The position numbers and the translations under genes were made by a program. Shown here in pieces: positions 36,372-49,317 of a stretch of DNA of 64,000 bases. Origin of the DNA: Mustelus asterias (Eukaryota); contig NC_135805.1 in NCBI RefSeq assembly GCF_964213995.1, positions 68,758,001-68,822,000 on the forward strand, written 5' to 3'. Below the pieces are notes generated by a model. It had not been told where the DNA came from and searched no databases. It saw nothing but the letters and a program-made list of their open reading frames with translations. How positions within the stretch are numbered: the stretch's first letter is position 1; the number at the start of each line of letters is the position of its first letter.

Positions 36372-39300
36372 GTATGTTTGTATTATTGGGATGGGAGAAG
36401 TACAAAACTAAAGTTCTAGAGGTGGCATTGTTTTCCAAGTATCAAGTATTTTTGTTCCTAATTAACAGTCAAGCAGAAAATAATAGCTTTGGAATTAAGG
36501 GTTTCTCTCTGTTTTAATACCACTCATAATAACAATTGCAGCAAACAGGGTAGCAAGGTCATGTGCAATCTCAGGGAATGGTCATCCCTACCCTTTTACA
36601 AATTATGCCAGGTATGGGAAGACGTTTCATGGTATGGCCCAGTGAATTTTCAGTGGTGGAAAAACCATCAATGAACAAAAGCTGCATAAGTGGAGGGACC
36701 TTTAGGGAAAGAACTTTAGGCACACATGAGGATGTGAAACCACGTCATGCTCTCTATTCCCTGGTCATATTGCTCATTAAAATTGAAAATGGGAAAATCT
36801 TACAAACGACTGAAGAGGAAAGTTCAAGTTCACAAGGCGTGGAGAAATGAGCAGAGGACCTGCCCTTAGGCTGATCACTATTAAGTCCAAACTCTACCAG
36901 TGAACTAAAAACTTAAATGAGATCAATTATTAAGGAGATCCAATAACTTAAGAACTTCTTTCCAGCAACCTTCATTTACATGCAGTATGCCTTAGTTAAC
37001 AAAAGTATCAACGGAAAATATCAAGATGTCTTTTCAAAATATCATATCATTGATGCCATCCATATGGCCCTCGCTCCACATATCACATCCCACGTGAGAC
37101 GTCCTCTGAAGTTCTGACAAAGAGACTCCATCCCATTAGCTTGTATTTTTTTCTGTTCAGTTGAAGAGATAAATGCTTTGTGATTCAAGCCTTTTAGCTT
37201 CAGATTTTCAATAGTTGCAACTTGTTTTCATTCCTTTTAAACATTTACTTAGGTACTATTTACAACACAGTACTAATGTAATAAAAACTAAGGAAGTGGG
37301 GTTGATTGGGTAGAATACTGGTGCATGGAGAAAAATGAAAAAGAAACAACAATATAAGTGAACTGTTGTTTTTCAATCCAGCTTCATTCACATAATGCAG
37401 GAGACTGACAAAGCAGCACTCAGGAGGAGAGATAGTTCCTCTTAGCTTAGCTAATGCATCGCACCCAAAATGGACCATAAAGAAACAGGCTTTCATCAGA
37501 AGACAAATCAAGACTCAGCACAATATTCAGTTCAAGTGCCAATTTTGGGATGTGGAATGGTGGGGGAGCAGTGCAGGGAGGAGGCAGAGATTCAGAAGTC
37601 ATTATTGTTATTTCACAGGTTATGAAGACAAATGTATTATCAGAAATTCATCACAGTATCGAGAAGCTACTGGAGGTTAATCATTTCACAAAGGGCATTC
37701 TGTTGGAAAATCATAGCAGTGATGAAGGGGCACTTCTCAAAATACATCACAATGGATTGCATTGTCAGGAGGAATGGAAAATTCTCACAGCATGGATAAT
37801 TTAGGGGCTGGAGAAAGCATTCAATGAGAGGTGATTCAAAAAATTTCATTTTGGGCAGGGGTGGGGAGGCTGACCTGGTGGATTTGACGAAACTAAACAA
37901 TAAGGTGATGAGGAAAGGGTTGGGCCAATAATGGGGGAAGTGCCTAAGAATGAAAATCTACAGTACTTCACCAGTGGATGAGTACAATGTGATTCTCTTA
38001 AGTGTGAGGCAAAGAGAAAGAAAGCAGGAAACAATTAGATGTTTCATTCACCAAAATATTAATTGCTCATCAAATTTCTCATCATTATTCAATCCACATC
38101 CAAATTTTCCTGTAGCTCGAATATTTTGAACAGAACTAACATTGATGCAGAGGCATCTAGTAATAAGAGGAAGGAACTGCCATGTATTTCCAAACTTTAG
38201 TTAAACCTGATTTGATGGGCAGCTATGAGAAGTTCCTTCTGCGAGAGTGAACTAGTCACATAACATGGCATCACAGCACCACCTACAGACACAACCCAAA
38301 TGGAATATTAACAAATGTACATCAATTTTATAATTTGATGATGTAGTCATGGCTTCCAGTGGCAGAATGTTGTAGATAAGCTTGATCAACTTCCTTGGAA
38401 TGTTTTTGTTCTTTGTACATCTAACAGTGAAAAGAATCATTTTATGAAAAGCAAAGCCTATTTAATATCATTATTTTTTTTTGCACTTTATTACAAGTTA
38501 CACAAATTTCTTTATGTGAAATAATTCAGTTGTCGATGTCAAAAATGTGAATAGTTTCAACTGATACTTGACTGGATTACCTAACATTCTGACAATGGTG
38601 AGTATAAACTTGCTGATGTGTTTCTTCCCTTTGCCTGATCACTCAGCAAGCTTATCCAATAAGTAGCTTCGTGCAATCTACAGTTTGTATGATTGTTTTT
38701 ATTCTTTCCTGGGATGTGAGAGTTGCTGGAAACCCTAATTGCCCTTGAGAAGGTGGTGGTGAGCTGCCTTCTTGAATTGCTGCAGTCCTTCTGGTGCAGG
38801 TACACCTGCAATGCGGTTAGAAAGGAAGTTAATTGATCCCAGCTAAGGTGAGAATAGGATTCCTGCAGTTGTCTTTAAGTCCATGGTTTAGAGGGTGGAA
38901 ACTCCAACCAGGATCTTTTGGGACCCATCGCGGGAGATGCGGCAGTCCATTGGCTTTCGGTGGGACCGGTCGATCCTAGTGGTGGATGAGAGCAAAAAAT
39001 CCCACACTCAGTCAGATCTCAGGATCCTGAACAGTGACCTCTCTTGGAAGGAGAAAGTGTAGCTGTCGAATGAGGACATAATTAAGATTGCTAAAATGCT
39101 TTTTGACAATTATTGTCAAGGTTGACACATGATTGGGTGAAATACTGTACAAAAATGTGCCAGCAAAAAAACCATCAGGAGCAGTTGGAAAGGAAGAAAT
39201 ATTGGCAAAGACAATTTTTAAAAGTTAGGTAGATTCATGCATTTTTAGGTTTAAAATGGTACACTATTTTCTCAGCATTAGCTTAGATTGTTACTGTCAG

Positions 39301-40489
39301 AAATATTATTTTAAATTTTAAGATATCCCAAATCGCAGTTGGGTGACGGAGTTCAAATTCAAGCCACAACTGTCATTCATATTCAAACATGTCTCAAGAG
39401 ATGAACTTGCTATCTGAGGAGATGGAGAGATGTCAGAGGTTTTACCACAGTCATTCAACTATACCTAGTGACTGCTCAACTAAGAAGTGTGACAAACTCT
39501 GGCAGATGTCCATGAACGTTTGCATAATTCACTTGAGAAGAAGATAACACATACTGCTTCAGCTTACCTGGAAAACCTGTATGTACCCAATTGAATACTT
39601 TGAGGACTGCAATAGCATTTCTGCTCTTAATTTAAGAACATCCAAGATTTTTCAATGTATGAAGGTTGTAATTGCTATGATTAAAACAAATTCTCCAAAT
39701 TCAGCTTTTAAAATGATTAAAATTACTTTTCAGAGATGATAATGTAGATGAAATGCATTTTCAATGTTCCAGGGAACTGTTTTTGAAAAATGTTGTAAAT
39801 TGTGGTTCTCCCTCAACCTGTCTTTTAAGAATAGTTGTAGGAGGTGTATAAAGAGAATTTTCTCAAGGTTCTTCATGAGAAAATCTGCAGAAACCCTGGG
39901 ATATCCTGCATAAACAGAGTTTCAACAAAAAGTTGATCATCAGGATTATCTCTGAAGAAATTCCCACATTAATATTTTGAGTGATTGTGTAAATCTGTTG
40001 CTATATCAATACTTTATCATTTCCAGGCTGGATTTCTGAAATTCCCTTCTCCCAAGTCTTCTAATCACCATCCTACAGTTTTAAAAGATTCTGCTGCCCA
40101 TATCCTGTCCCACACTAATACCCCGCACATCATTCCAAATATTGCCAAATGACCCATGTGCTCCCTATAACTGCACATTCATTTCAAAATCCTTTCCTCA
40201 TTTACAAATCCCTCAACTGCCGCTATGATATGGTGCAACTTATGTCTCATTCTGAGACCTATTGTCCTCCAACTTTGGCTTTTTGTGAGTCCTCCCTTTC
40301 CCCATAATTCATTGGTAGTAGCAAACATTTTTGGCATCTGTACTTAAAATGGATACTGTCTATGTAAATATGTTGCGCTATAGTGACTAATGCTGGTGTT
40401 GTAGAATTGTGTATTCACCATTAATTACATACTTCTATCTCATTCTGAAACAAGATGGCAATAATTCTTACCTTTTGTCCTTTCCTCAG

Positions 40490-40952
40490 GCTTCCTGATG
40501 CTCTTTTAAGGCTAGATCTGAAAGGAAATAATATTACAGACATTTGTAAAGAACCAGTGGAAAATTTGAAGCGGCTGCGAGTTCTGAATCTACGTAACAA
40601 CAGGTTATCATCGCTTAACCCTGATGTATTTGGATATTTTCCTCGTCTCAGGTGGCTCTATCTGGATGGTAACCCCTGGAACTGTACATGTGACCTCATG
40701 AAAATCAGAGTCTTATTGACTACAAGACAGCTGGAGATCAAAAGTGGCTACTGTGCAACTCCAGCCTATTATCAAGGTGAGACCTGGCTATCTTCCACCA
40801 AGATTCTGAACAGTTGTGGATATAACACAATGCATGGTGTAAAAGGAAAAGCATTTCTTGAAATTGCTGCAAAGATAGCACAGGGGGATGATCGCTCAAA
40901 TGTTAATGGTCCAACTGATAATGAAGATTATTATGACTATGATGCAGACTAA
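40490..40952 (+). CDS. NEPN: Nephrocan coding exon 3 (last LRRs, LRRCT, acidic tail, stop)
   Basis: Polypyrimidine acceptor CCTCAG|G in phase 2, compatible with exon 2. LYLDGNPWNCTC LRRCT, acidic end DNEDYYDYDAD then TAA. Spliced CDS 186+902+463=1551 nt = 516 aa plus stop. Confidence 0.93.
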
Positions 40953-41296
40953 AAATCAATGACCAACTTGCCAGTTACTTTAAATATCCTGATTGTGTGT
41001 AATGTGACATAGATAATCATTGTTCTATTGTAACCTGAATTATATGTTTGCAGTTTTTTAGTCTTTTCACTGATTGTTAAATCTTATGTACACTTCTAGA
41101 ATAGGTGAACATGATTTTAAGTTCTGAATCCTTTCTTTGTTGATCTACAATTCAAATTGAGTGATTTACCTCTGTTCCTGCATGAATTAGTAAGATTTTC
41201 ATTAGCATTGACCAATTTCCGCTGTGCAGAAAACAATGAATAATCAAAGATATTCATTTGGTATAACTTTTATAACAGGATAATGTTTTGACTAAG

Positions 41297-41472
41297 ATAA
41301 AAGCAAATTACTGTGGATGCTGGAATCTGAAACAAAAACAGAAAATGCTGAAAAATCTCAATAGATCTGATTGTATCTTATGAAGTGTCATCCAGACTTG
41401 AAACGTTAGCTCTATTCTCTCTGCACAGATGCTGATAGACCCGCTGAGATTTTCTAGCATTTTCTGTTTTTG
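41297..41472. mobile_element. Penelope-like fold-back remnant (family 2) in the putative NEPN 3' UTR
   Basis: ACAAAAACAGAAAATGCTGAAAAATCTCA ... TGAGATTTTCTAGCATTTTCTGTTTTTGT inverted arms with an internal GTC-ATCCA-GAC..GAAACGTTAGCT hammerhead remnant. Confidence 0.65.
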
Positions 41473-41842
41473 TGTGTATGTGTCATGTTTGACTATCTAT
41501 TTATTTTTCAAATCTGATGCTCAGGCCAATTATTCTCTTTCATAAATGATCTTGACTAAAATACAAATTCAAGTTGCTAAAAATGAAGACAACCATTACA
41601 TATCTTGAATCTGTACCAGAATTTAAATTGATGTTACTACTTCATGCAGACTGGTGTATAACTAGTAGTACTCTTTAAATTACTCACTTTACTGTTTTAA
41701 TTTGATTGTGTTTTTTTTATTTTGCATTAAACTAGCATTATTGTTTTTCTTCTATTACTGACTTAGTAATGTTGAATGTAATTATAAAGAAGAAAAGGAA
41801 CCTCACATCAGCAACATTGTACTCACTTTGCATTGACCTTGG

Positions 41843-41863
41843 AATAAAGATTTTCTTATTAAA
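41843..41863 (+). terminator. Candidate NEPN polyadenylation signals
   Basis: AATAAA at 41843-41848 and ATTAAA at 41858-41863 after a ~0.9-kb AT-rich putative 3' UTR. Confidence 0.45.
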
Positions 41864-42454
41864 ATATTTAATTTAAAGAAGTCACTCATTACAAAATGGA
41901 CAAAACATGAGCTGAAACATAGAAATTGTAAATGTTTAATATTTAATATTTAAAATGGATCTTTTTTACAAAAGAAGATAACACATCAGTTTTCACATTG
42001 GTCAGTATGGGTAATAATGCTTGCTGTTTACCTCACTGACATCCACCCAGATACGTTTCATGAGTTTATGAATGTAGACTTCTTCTAATTTTCAAGCTGA
42101 AATCCCCTTAGAGGAAATCTCTGGCATTTGTAATCAGAGATAGCAAACCTAATGCTCTCTGACCACTCAGACTGAATCATGACTGTGACATGCAGAATTC
42201 AAACCAGGAATATAAAGTAGGAAATATGACATATATTTAAATGATGTACAGAAGGCAAAATAATGATTGGGAAATGCAGTCAGGATTGGGAGAGAATTAA
42301 ATAATTCAGGTAGAAAAAGTTAAAATCTCCAACACTAATTCTCTTCTGAGGGAATATGATTCTATACTTGTAAATTTTTTTTAGGCCAGAGGGGTTGTTC
42401 ATAAGTAATTATCACTTATTATTCTGTTAAAAACTCAATTATTTCAGAATGTAC

Positions 42455-42740
42455 TAAAGTAAAGTTTATTTATTAGTCACAAGTAAGGCTTACATTAACA
42501 CTGTAATGAAGTTACTGTGAAATTCCCCTAATTGCCATACTCCGGCACCTGTTTGGTTCAATGCACCTAATCAGCACGTCTTTCGGACTGTGGGAGGAAA
42601 CCGAAGCACCCGGAGGAAACCCACACAGACATGGGGAGAACGTGCAAACTCCACACAGACAGTGACCCAAGCCGGGAATACAACCCGGGTCCCTGGCGCT
42701 GTGAGGCAGCAGTGCTAACCACTGTGCCACCATGCCACCC
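42455..42740 (-). mobile_element. V-SINE, tail type B
   Basis: Full head, V domain and type-B tail. Confidence 0.88.
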
Positions 42741-42989
42741 TAACTAGCCCTAACTTTTTCAGCTACTCATAGTGTGGAACTAATGGGCCAGTTTATGCAG
42801 TTGCAGTCATTTCAATGGTGAGATTATTGGCAAGGAATGCAAAAGCTCACCCTATGGAGGAGCAAGGTACTCTCTGACAACTTCTGAATTTCCTCAAACT
42901 CAGTGGTTTCTGTCAGATTTCCTCCATTATGATGATGAGCAATAATAGCCTCATTGTTGATTTCATTGAAAATAACAGGTCATTGATTT

Positions 42990-44370
42990 TTAGGAACATA
43001 AAAAATAGAAACATGAGGCCCCTCAAGCTTGCTCCACCATTCAATAATATCATGGCTGATTTGATCGAACACCACTTTTCTGCCTATCTTTGACTTCCTT
43101 ATAGATCAAAAATCTAACTTAGTCAAAAATATATTCAATGACTTAGCCTCAACTGCTTCATCCCTGGAATAAACCAGTGAACTGCAAGGCAAGGATATGC
43201 AATGCAAGGGTATCCCTCTTTAAATAAGACCAAAACTGTACACAGTATTTTAGGCATAGTCTCACCAATGCCCTGCACAAATGCAGCAAGATTTCACTTT
43301 TTATACTTCATCCCCCTTTCAATAAAAGACCACATTCCATTTACCTTCTAATTATTTGCTGTATCTGCATGCTAACCTTTCATGATTTATGTACAAGGAC
43401 AACTAGATCCTTCTGCACTGCAATATTTTGCAGCCTCTATTTAAATAATATTCTGTTTTTATATTCTTAACACCACAATGGACAACCTTACATTTTCCCA
43501 CTTTGCCCCTCATCTGTTAAATTTTTGCCCATTCACTTAACCTATCTCCATCTCTTTGCAGACTCTTTTATTCTCCCCACAACTTGCTTTCCTATCTATC
43601 TTTGTATCATCAGCAAATTTGTCTAGAATACCGTCAGCTCCTACATCTAAGTCATTAGTATGGATTGTAAATATTTGAGGCTCCAGAATTGATCTCTGTG
43701 TCATTCCATTACAGTTTTCCAACCAGAAAATGACCCAATTATTGATCCCAGTTCTCTGTTTCCTGTTGGTCAGCCAATCATCTATCCATGTTAATATATT
43801 ATCCCCCAACAGCATGAGCTTTTATGTGGCACATTTCACCCCGCTTGCTGTATCCTCAAACAACACTAATAATATTTGCCAAACACATTTCTCTTTCATA
43901 AAACCGTTTGACTTTGGTGGTATTATGACTTTCAAAATGTTCTGCTCTTACTTCCTTAATAATGGATTCCAGCATTTTCCCAGTGAAAGATGTTAAGTTA
44001 ACTGGCCAATAATTACCTATTTTATGTATCCCTTCTTTCTTGAATAGAGGTGTTACATTTGTAGTTTTTCAATCTGCTGAGACCTTTCCAGAATGTAGGG
44101 AATTTTGGAAGACTACAACCAATGTTTCCACTGGCTCTGCATTGATTTATGTTAAGACTATAGGATTCAGGCCATCAGAATAAGGGAACACATCAGCCTT
44201 TAGTCCTGATAGTTTTCCTTTTTCTCTAGTGATTGTTTTAAGTTCCTTCCTTTATGCCCATTGATTTTCTGTTATTCCTTCTACCGTAGGAGAGGTACAA
44301 GACACTTGTTCAAGGTTTCTGCCGTTTCCTTGTTTCCCATTAGTAATGCACCAGTCTCATCCTCCAAAGG
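42990..44370 (-). mobile_element. Old CR1 LINE fragment
   Basis: WIDDWLTNRKQR and KFADDTKI on the - strand; 3' tail at ~43000. Confidence 0.8.
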
Positions 44371-45701
44371 ACTAAAAATAGTGTTTTAGTCAATAAACAC
44401 AACATTTGTAGTGCAGCACGTTCAAAATAAAAATGTTAACAGGACATAAAAATATGGCTTTCATAATCAGCTTTGATTGAGCAAAATTATTTGGGGAGGG
44501 GGTGGGGGTTCAATTTAAAACTGTCCTGATTTCTCTGCTCACGATCTCTCTGTAAACAAAAGGTATTTTAAAAAATTCTGATTTCCCTCTTTATAAATGG
44601 TGGCATATTTCCCCAATCCTTAAATTTGGAGTGATCCAAGCCCCTGTGAATAACTTGCATAGCAAATTTGGGACAAGATAAAATAAAAGATTGGTTTATT
44701 CTTACACCCACACACACATGAGATGGACTCTGCAAGGTCCACCCCTTTTGCACTCACACAATAAATAGGGAAAAAGGACGAGGGTTCAGGACATGACCGC
44801 AATAATATACAAGTTAGGATTTTAAGTGTGTCCAGAGTCCAGCAGCAAAAGTCAAATGGAACGTTCCATTAGAGGGGAAGTTGGCTGATTGTAACGCGAT
44901 TCTGTCTTTCCCAAAGCAAGACTTCCACAATGAAAAAAGGCACATAGAGCGAGTTAGTCTTGGAGCCATGAGTTCCAAGATTCCAGCAGTTTGCACTGAG
45001 GGCCAGTGTTTTTTCTTTCTCGCAGGCCGTCTCCTGATTGATGATAGACAGCACAGGCTATTGCCTGGAGTCCAATTCTCATTGGAGGTCCAATAGTAAC
45101 TGGTCATAATGTCCAGACTGCATAATTTAAGGAATTCAGACAGCCCAAGTCCCCAGTCATGTGATACTGGTTTTGGGTTGTTAAACGAGACCCTCTTGTT
45201 GAAACTATTGTGTTAGAACAGTTAATGCCCAGGGTATTTGCACCATCATTGGAGACCAGGATCTGTAAAGGGCTGTCTATGTTCGAAGCTGGCTGGAACA
45301 GACAGTCTGCTGGGCCATTGTGTTAGCTTGGCTAGATTGTTTATGGGATGCAAAGAATGCTATATTTATTGAAATCTCAACTTCCGACTTTGACTTTAAC
45401 ACAAACACACATTAACACAAGATACTTAACTGACAGATTGTCTTTATTTTACTTGCTAGCAAGGGGGTAGGTTCTCGACACGATGGGCCAGAGACACCAC
45501 TCCACGGGACAAAGAAATTCACCCTGGTTTATACAATTCTACAGCTCACAGTTAGTTGGACACAATCCAATCAAAAGTGTTACAAATGACATACTTTATT
45601 GATCCAATAGAAAAAATACTGAACCACCCTGATCTATGAGATCACGATTCCTCGTGGGATACCCCAATATGTCATCCCTAAGCCTATCCTCTAGTCTCTT
45701 A

Positions 45702-45822
45702 TGATGTGGAGATTTACAAGAGCACTCCATCTGACGAAGGAGCAGCGCTCCAAAAGCTAGTGGCGTTTGCTACCAAATAAACCTGTTGGACTTTAACCTG
45801 GTGTTGTTAGACTCCTTACTGT
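45702..45822 (+). mobile_element. Short Penelope pLTR insertion (family 1) with a mutated hammerhead
   Basis: 13-bp TSD CTCTAGTCTCTTA (45689-45701, 45823-45835); CCAT-CTGACGA-A-GGAGC-AGC-GCTCC-AAAA-GC-TA-GTGG at 45727-45763. Confidence 0.85.
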
Positions 45823-46989
45823 CTCTAGTCTCTTAGTCAGACATCATGTCTCTATTTTGATAGCAGCCTCACAAAGCATCTTCACTAAAACAGTCTCACA
45901 TGGGCATCCTTTAATTGATAAAGGGGGCCTACAAAAGCCATTAGTATTTTATGGCCTTGTCAGTGAAGTTAACTGAATCTCTAAGAAATGTGGTCAACTA
46001 ATCTTGCCTTCTGGATATTTCCCAACTGTAGCCCTGATAAGTTTTGTTTATTGCCAACATATTGAAACACATGTATATATTGCTTATCAATTCAATGACT
46101 GAGCTTTTTATCACTGCCTACAGTTAAAAGGGGTATCATCATGTTACCATTAATTCTTGTCAGTTCCCACTAAGTCCCCAACCATAACTCTTTCATTAGC
46201 CAAGACATTAATATCTTTCTGACTCTGTTTTGATTAGAAACTGTGAAGGCAGCTTCATTAAAACTCACTCTTATATCAGTTGTTTCTGATAAAGTGTCTG
46301 GTGAGGCAATTAAGTCTCCTTTATGGCCTTGTGATTCCAACAGTGGGGTGCTTTAAAGGAATGTATCTAACATATGTTTGGAATCAAAGGGCACTCTGTA
46401 ACTGTGCATCTAAGTTTCTTTGTTTAACTTCTAAAAATGTATAGAAGATATATTTATATGTATGGACTAATTAAAGGTATTATATATACCTTTAAAACTA
46501 CATAGTATTTAAAACACCTCATTACAATTACTAGCAAACTTGCTCCCTAGTGATTTAAAGTGAATCCTACATCTAAGTTGATTAAACAAAGATCCCAGCA
46601 GAGTCTGCCAATCTTATAGTAGCCCTTTTCTATCTTTTTACATATTCCAGATGTTTGAGGGGTTAGTCTTTGTTCACTTTGAAATAATTCAGAAACTTCT
46701 GGCCGGCATGTGACCAGCTGGAGCTGTTTTGTCATTCGAGCAATTGGCTATTTTGAAAAGCATGAAAAATGACTTTAATAATAGATAAGCTGATGAATCT
46801 ATATTTCTTTCAGGTCACGACTGTGACAAAATTGATAAAATTAAACTTTTGGGAAGTATTCTGGGATTAAAAATCTCAGGAGAAGAAATTAAGGCAAGAA
46901 GTTTGAAATTGATAAAAGTACTAATTCCACCAGAGAGCTGGGCTATCTTTCATTTCCTTTTGTCATTTCTCCCTTCCTATTGGTGTATC

Positions 46990-47415
46990 AGCTGTAACTC
47001 AGTTTGTATAGGCACACATACCTCTGACTCACAAGGTTCTGGGTTCAAGTTTCACTTCAGGGCTTCAGTGCAAAAACCAAGACTGATACTTCAGTTCTGT
47101 ACTGAGGGAACATTGCACTGCTTAAGGTGCTGTCATTTGGATGAGATGTTAAACTGAGACCCCTGCTGCCAGCTCTGGTGGATGTAAAAGATCCCTTGAC
47201 GCTTTCCAAAGAAGAGCAGGGGAGTTAGTATAGTGTCCTGTTCAATATTTATTGCTCAACCAACCTCACAAAAAAACCAGATTATCCAGTCATGATCACA
47301 TTGCTTACTGAGTGCTGTCTATCCCACATTTACAACAGTGATACTTCAAAAAAGTACTTCATTTGTTGTAAAGCTCCATGACATCTTGTGGTTGTGAAAA
47401 GCGTTACATGAATGA
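46990..47415 (+). mobile_element. Deu-domain SINE (SacSINE1-like)
   Basis: tRNA-like head (GGTTCAAGT B box), then GTACTGAGGGA...TGCACTG...GAGATGTTAAACTGAG..CCC...GGTGGATGTAAAAGATCCC...GAAGAGCAGGGGAGTT. Confidence 0.7.
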
Positions 47416-47568
47416 TTTATTCTCTTCATAAGCTCTGTGGAATGCAGAGAACAGTAGTACTTGATAATTGGACTATTTTTTTAAAGTTGTTTTGTGTGTT
47501 GGCTACACAGATATGTCTGTAACTTGAAGTAATTTGATTTTCTCCTTCAGTATGTATGCTCTTCCATA

Positions 47569-48192
47569 CTCTCTTCCATCTTCTTCCATTAGGAAGAGGA
47601 TACAAAAATGTGAGATCATGTACCAATCGACTCAAGAACAGCATCTTCCCTGCTGCCATTAGACTTTTGAATTAACCTACTTATATTAAGTTGGCCTTTC
47701 TTTACATACTAACTATTCTGCATCCTCTCCTTTCCTTCTCCCCTTTGTACTCTATGAACAGTATGCTTTGTCTGTATAGTATGCAAGAAACTACTTTAAA
47801 GTTAAAAAAATGTATTTATTAGTCACAAGTAGGCTTACATTAACACTGCAATGAAGGTGCTGTGAAAATCCCCTAGTCATCACACTCCGGCACCTGTTCG
47901 GGTACACTAAGGGAGAATTTAGAATAGACAATGCACATAACCAGCGCGTTTTTCGGACTGCGGGAGGAAACCGGAGCACCCAGAGGAAACTCACGCAGAC
48001 ACGGGGAGAACGTGCAGACTCCGCACCCCAACAGTGACCCAAGCCGGGAATCGAACCCGGGTCCCTGGCACTGTGAGGCAGCAGTGCTGTGCCACCGTGC
48101 CGCCCTGAAAATACTTTTCACTCGATACCAATACATGTGACAATAATAAATCAAATAAAAAATGTGACAATAACAAATCAAATCAAATCAAA
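47569..48192 (+). mobile_element. Rex1 3' end interrupted by a type-B V-SINE (~47795-48105, - strand)
   Basis: LFHLLPLGRGYKNVRSCTNRLKNSIFPAAIRLLN plus 3' UTR, resuming after the SINE as ATACTTTTCAC...CATGTGACAATAATAAATCAAA; GAAA.TACTTT on both sides of the SINE. Confidence 0.82.
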
Positions 48193-48244
48193 TATGTTGA
48201 CCCACCAGCAATAAAAAAAAAGAGTTGTTGAATTCTGCTCTGCC

Positions 48245-48595
48245 TATATAGGGGGCGCTAGAGCCCTGGCTGCCAGGCACTTAGAGCGGAACATTGCTCT
48301 TGTCTACTAGGTTGTGAACCAATCCTTGCGCTCCATGTGTTGTTTCAAGTCAAAGGTGAAAGTTAATAATTTTTTAACCTCTCCTCTGAAAAAAAAGTGA
48401 AGATGGCGCCCGGCATGTTGGGGAGTTGGCACTGATTCACAGTCATTCATAAAGAGCAACTTTGTTATTTGGCAAGCTGGCTTTCCCTCTTCACCTCCCC
48501 CAATGTGAATCTTTCAGACGGAAGTCTGTTTGTTTTTCGTTGTCCGTTTTAATTTCCCCCTCTTCCCGCCCTCCGTGCGGTTGCATGGTAAGGTG
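48245..48595 (+). promoter_or_regulatory. NUS1 promoter / 5' UTR with CTCF-like, YY1 and ETS motifs
   Basis: TAGGGGGCGCTA (48249-48260, CTCF-like core), AAGATGGCG (48400-48408, YY1) and CGGAAGT (48519-48525, ETS/GABP) upstream of a CpG-rich first exon. Confidence 0.55.
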
Positions 48596-48917
48596 ATGGC
48601 ACTCTTTGAGTTGGTGTGGAGGGTACTGCACACCGTGCTGTGCCTGCACCGGACTCTGTCGGCCTGGCTGCAGAATGGAATGTGGGCCTGGAAGCGCTGG
48701 AACCCCGCGAGCCTGGCGTTCGCCTTCCAGGACGCCAAGAACAAAGGCAAGAGCCGGCGCGCGCGCTGGCGCTCGGACGGCCGCCACCTCAAGAAGCTGC
48801 CGCTGCACCTGGGGCTGGTGGTGACCGAGGAGGAGAGCAGCTACACCGACATCGCCAACCTGGTGGTGTGGTGCATGGCCGTGGGCATCTCTTATGTTAG
48901 CGTCTATGACAACCAAG
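48596..48917 (+). CDS. NUS1: NUS1 (Nogo-B receptor, cis-prenyltransferase subunit) exon 1
   Basis: [21 protein letters not shown]...[42 protein letters not shown] matches NgBR. Phase-1 donor G|GTGAGG. Confidence 0.96.
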
Positions 48918-48991
48918 GTGAGGGGAGGAGGGTGTCGCTGCCGAGTGGGACTCTGCACTGTCGGTCTGTGTGTGTCTGTGCATAAACTCGT

Positions 48992-49145
48992 GTTTATTTT
49001 ATTTATTAGTCACAAGTAGGTTTATATTAACACTGCAGTGAAGTTACTGTGAAAATCCCCTAGTCGCCACACTCTGCTGCCTGTTCCTGTACACTGAGGG
49101 AGAATTTAACATGGCCAATGTACCTAACCAGCACATCCTTCGGAT
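48992..49145 (-). mobile_element. V-SINE type-B 3' fragment
   Basis: TTTATTAGTCACAAGTAGG...GAAAATCCCCTAGTCGCCACAC tail. Confidence 0.8.
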
Positions 49146-49317
49146 TGTGCACTGACCAGTGTATTTGACACTGCAAGAGGTTAATTCGTCCCTTCGAAAG
49201 CAATACTCTCAAGGTGGGGCTGTCCCCTTGCTCTTCCTTTAACTTTAATGTGAGGACAGACAGGTCTCACTGGTGTGAGGAAATGATTTGCACACGTTGG
49301 CCTGCCTGAAGGGATTT

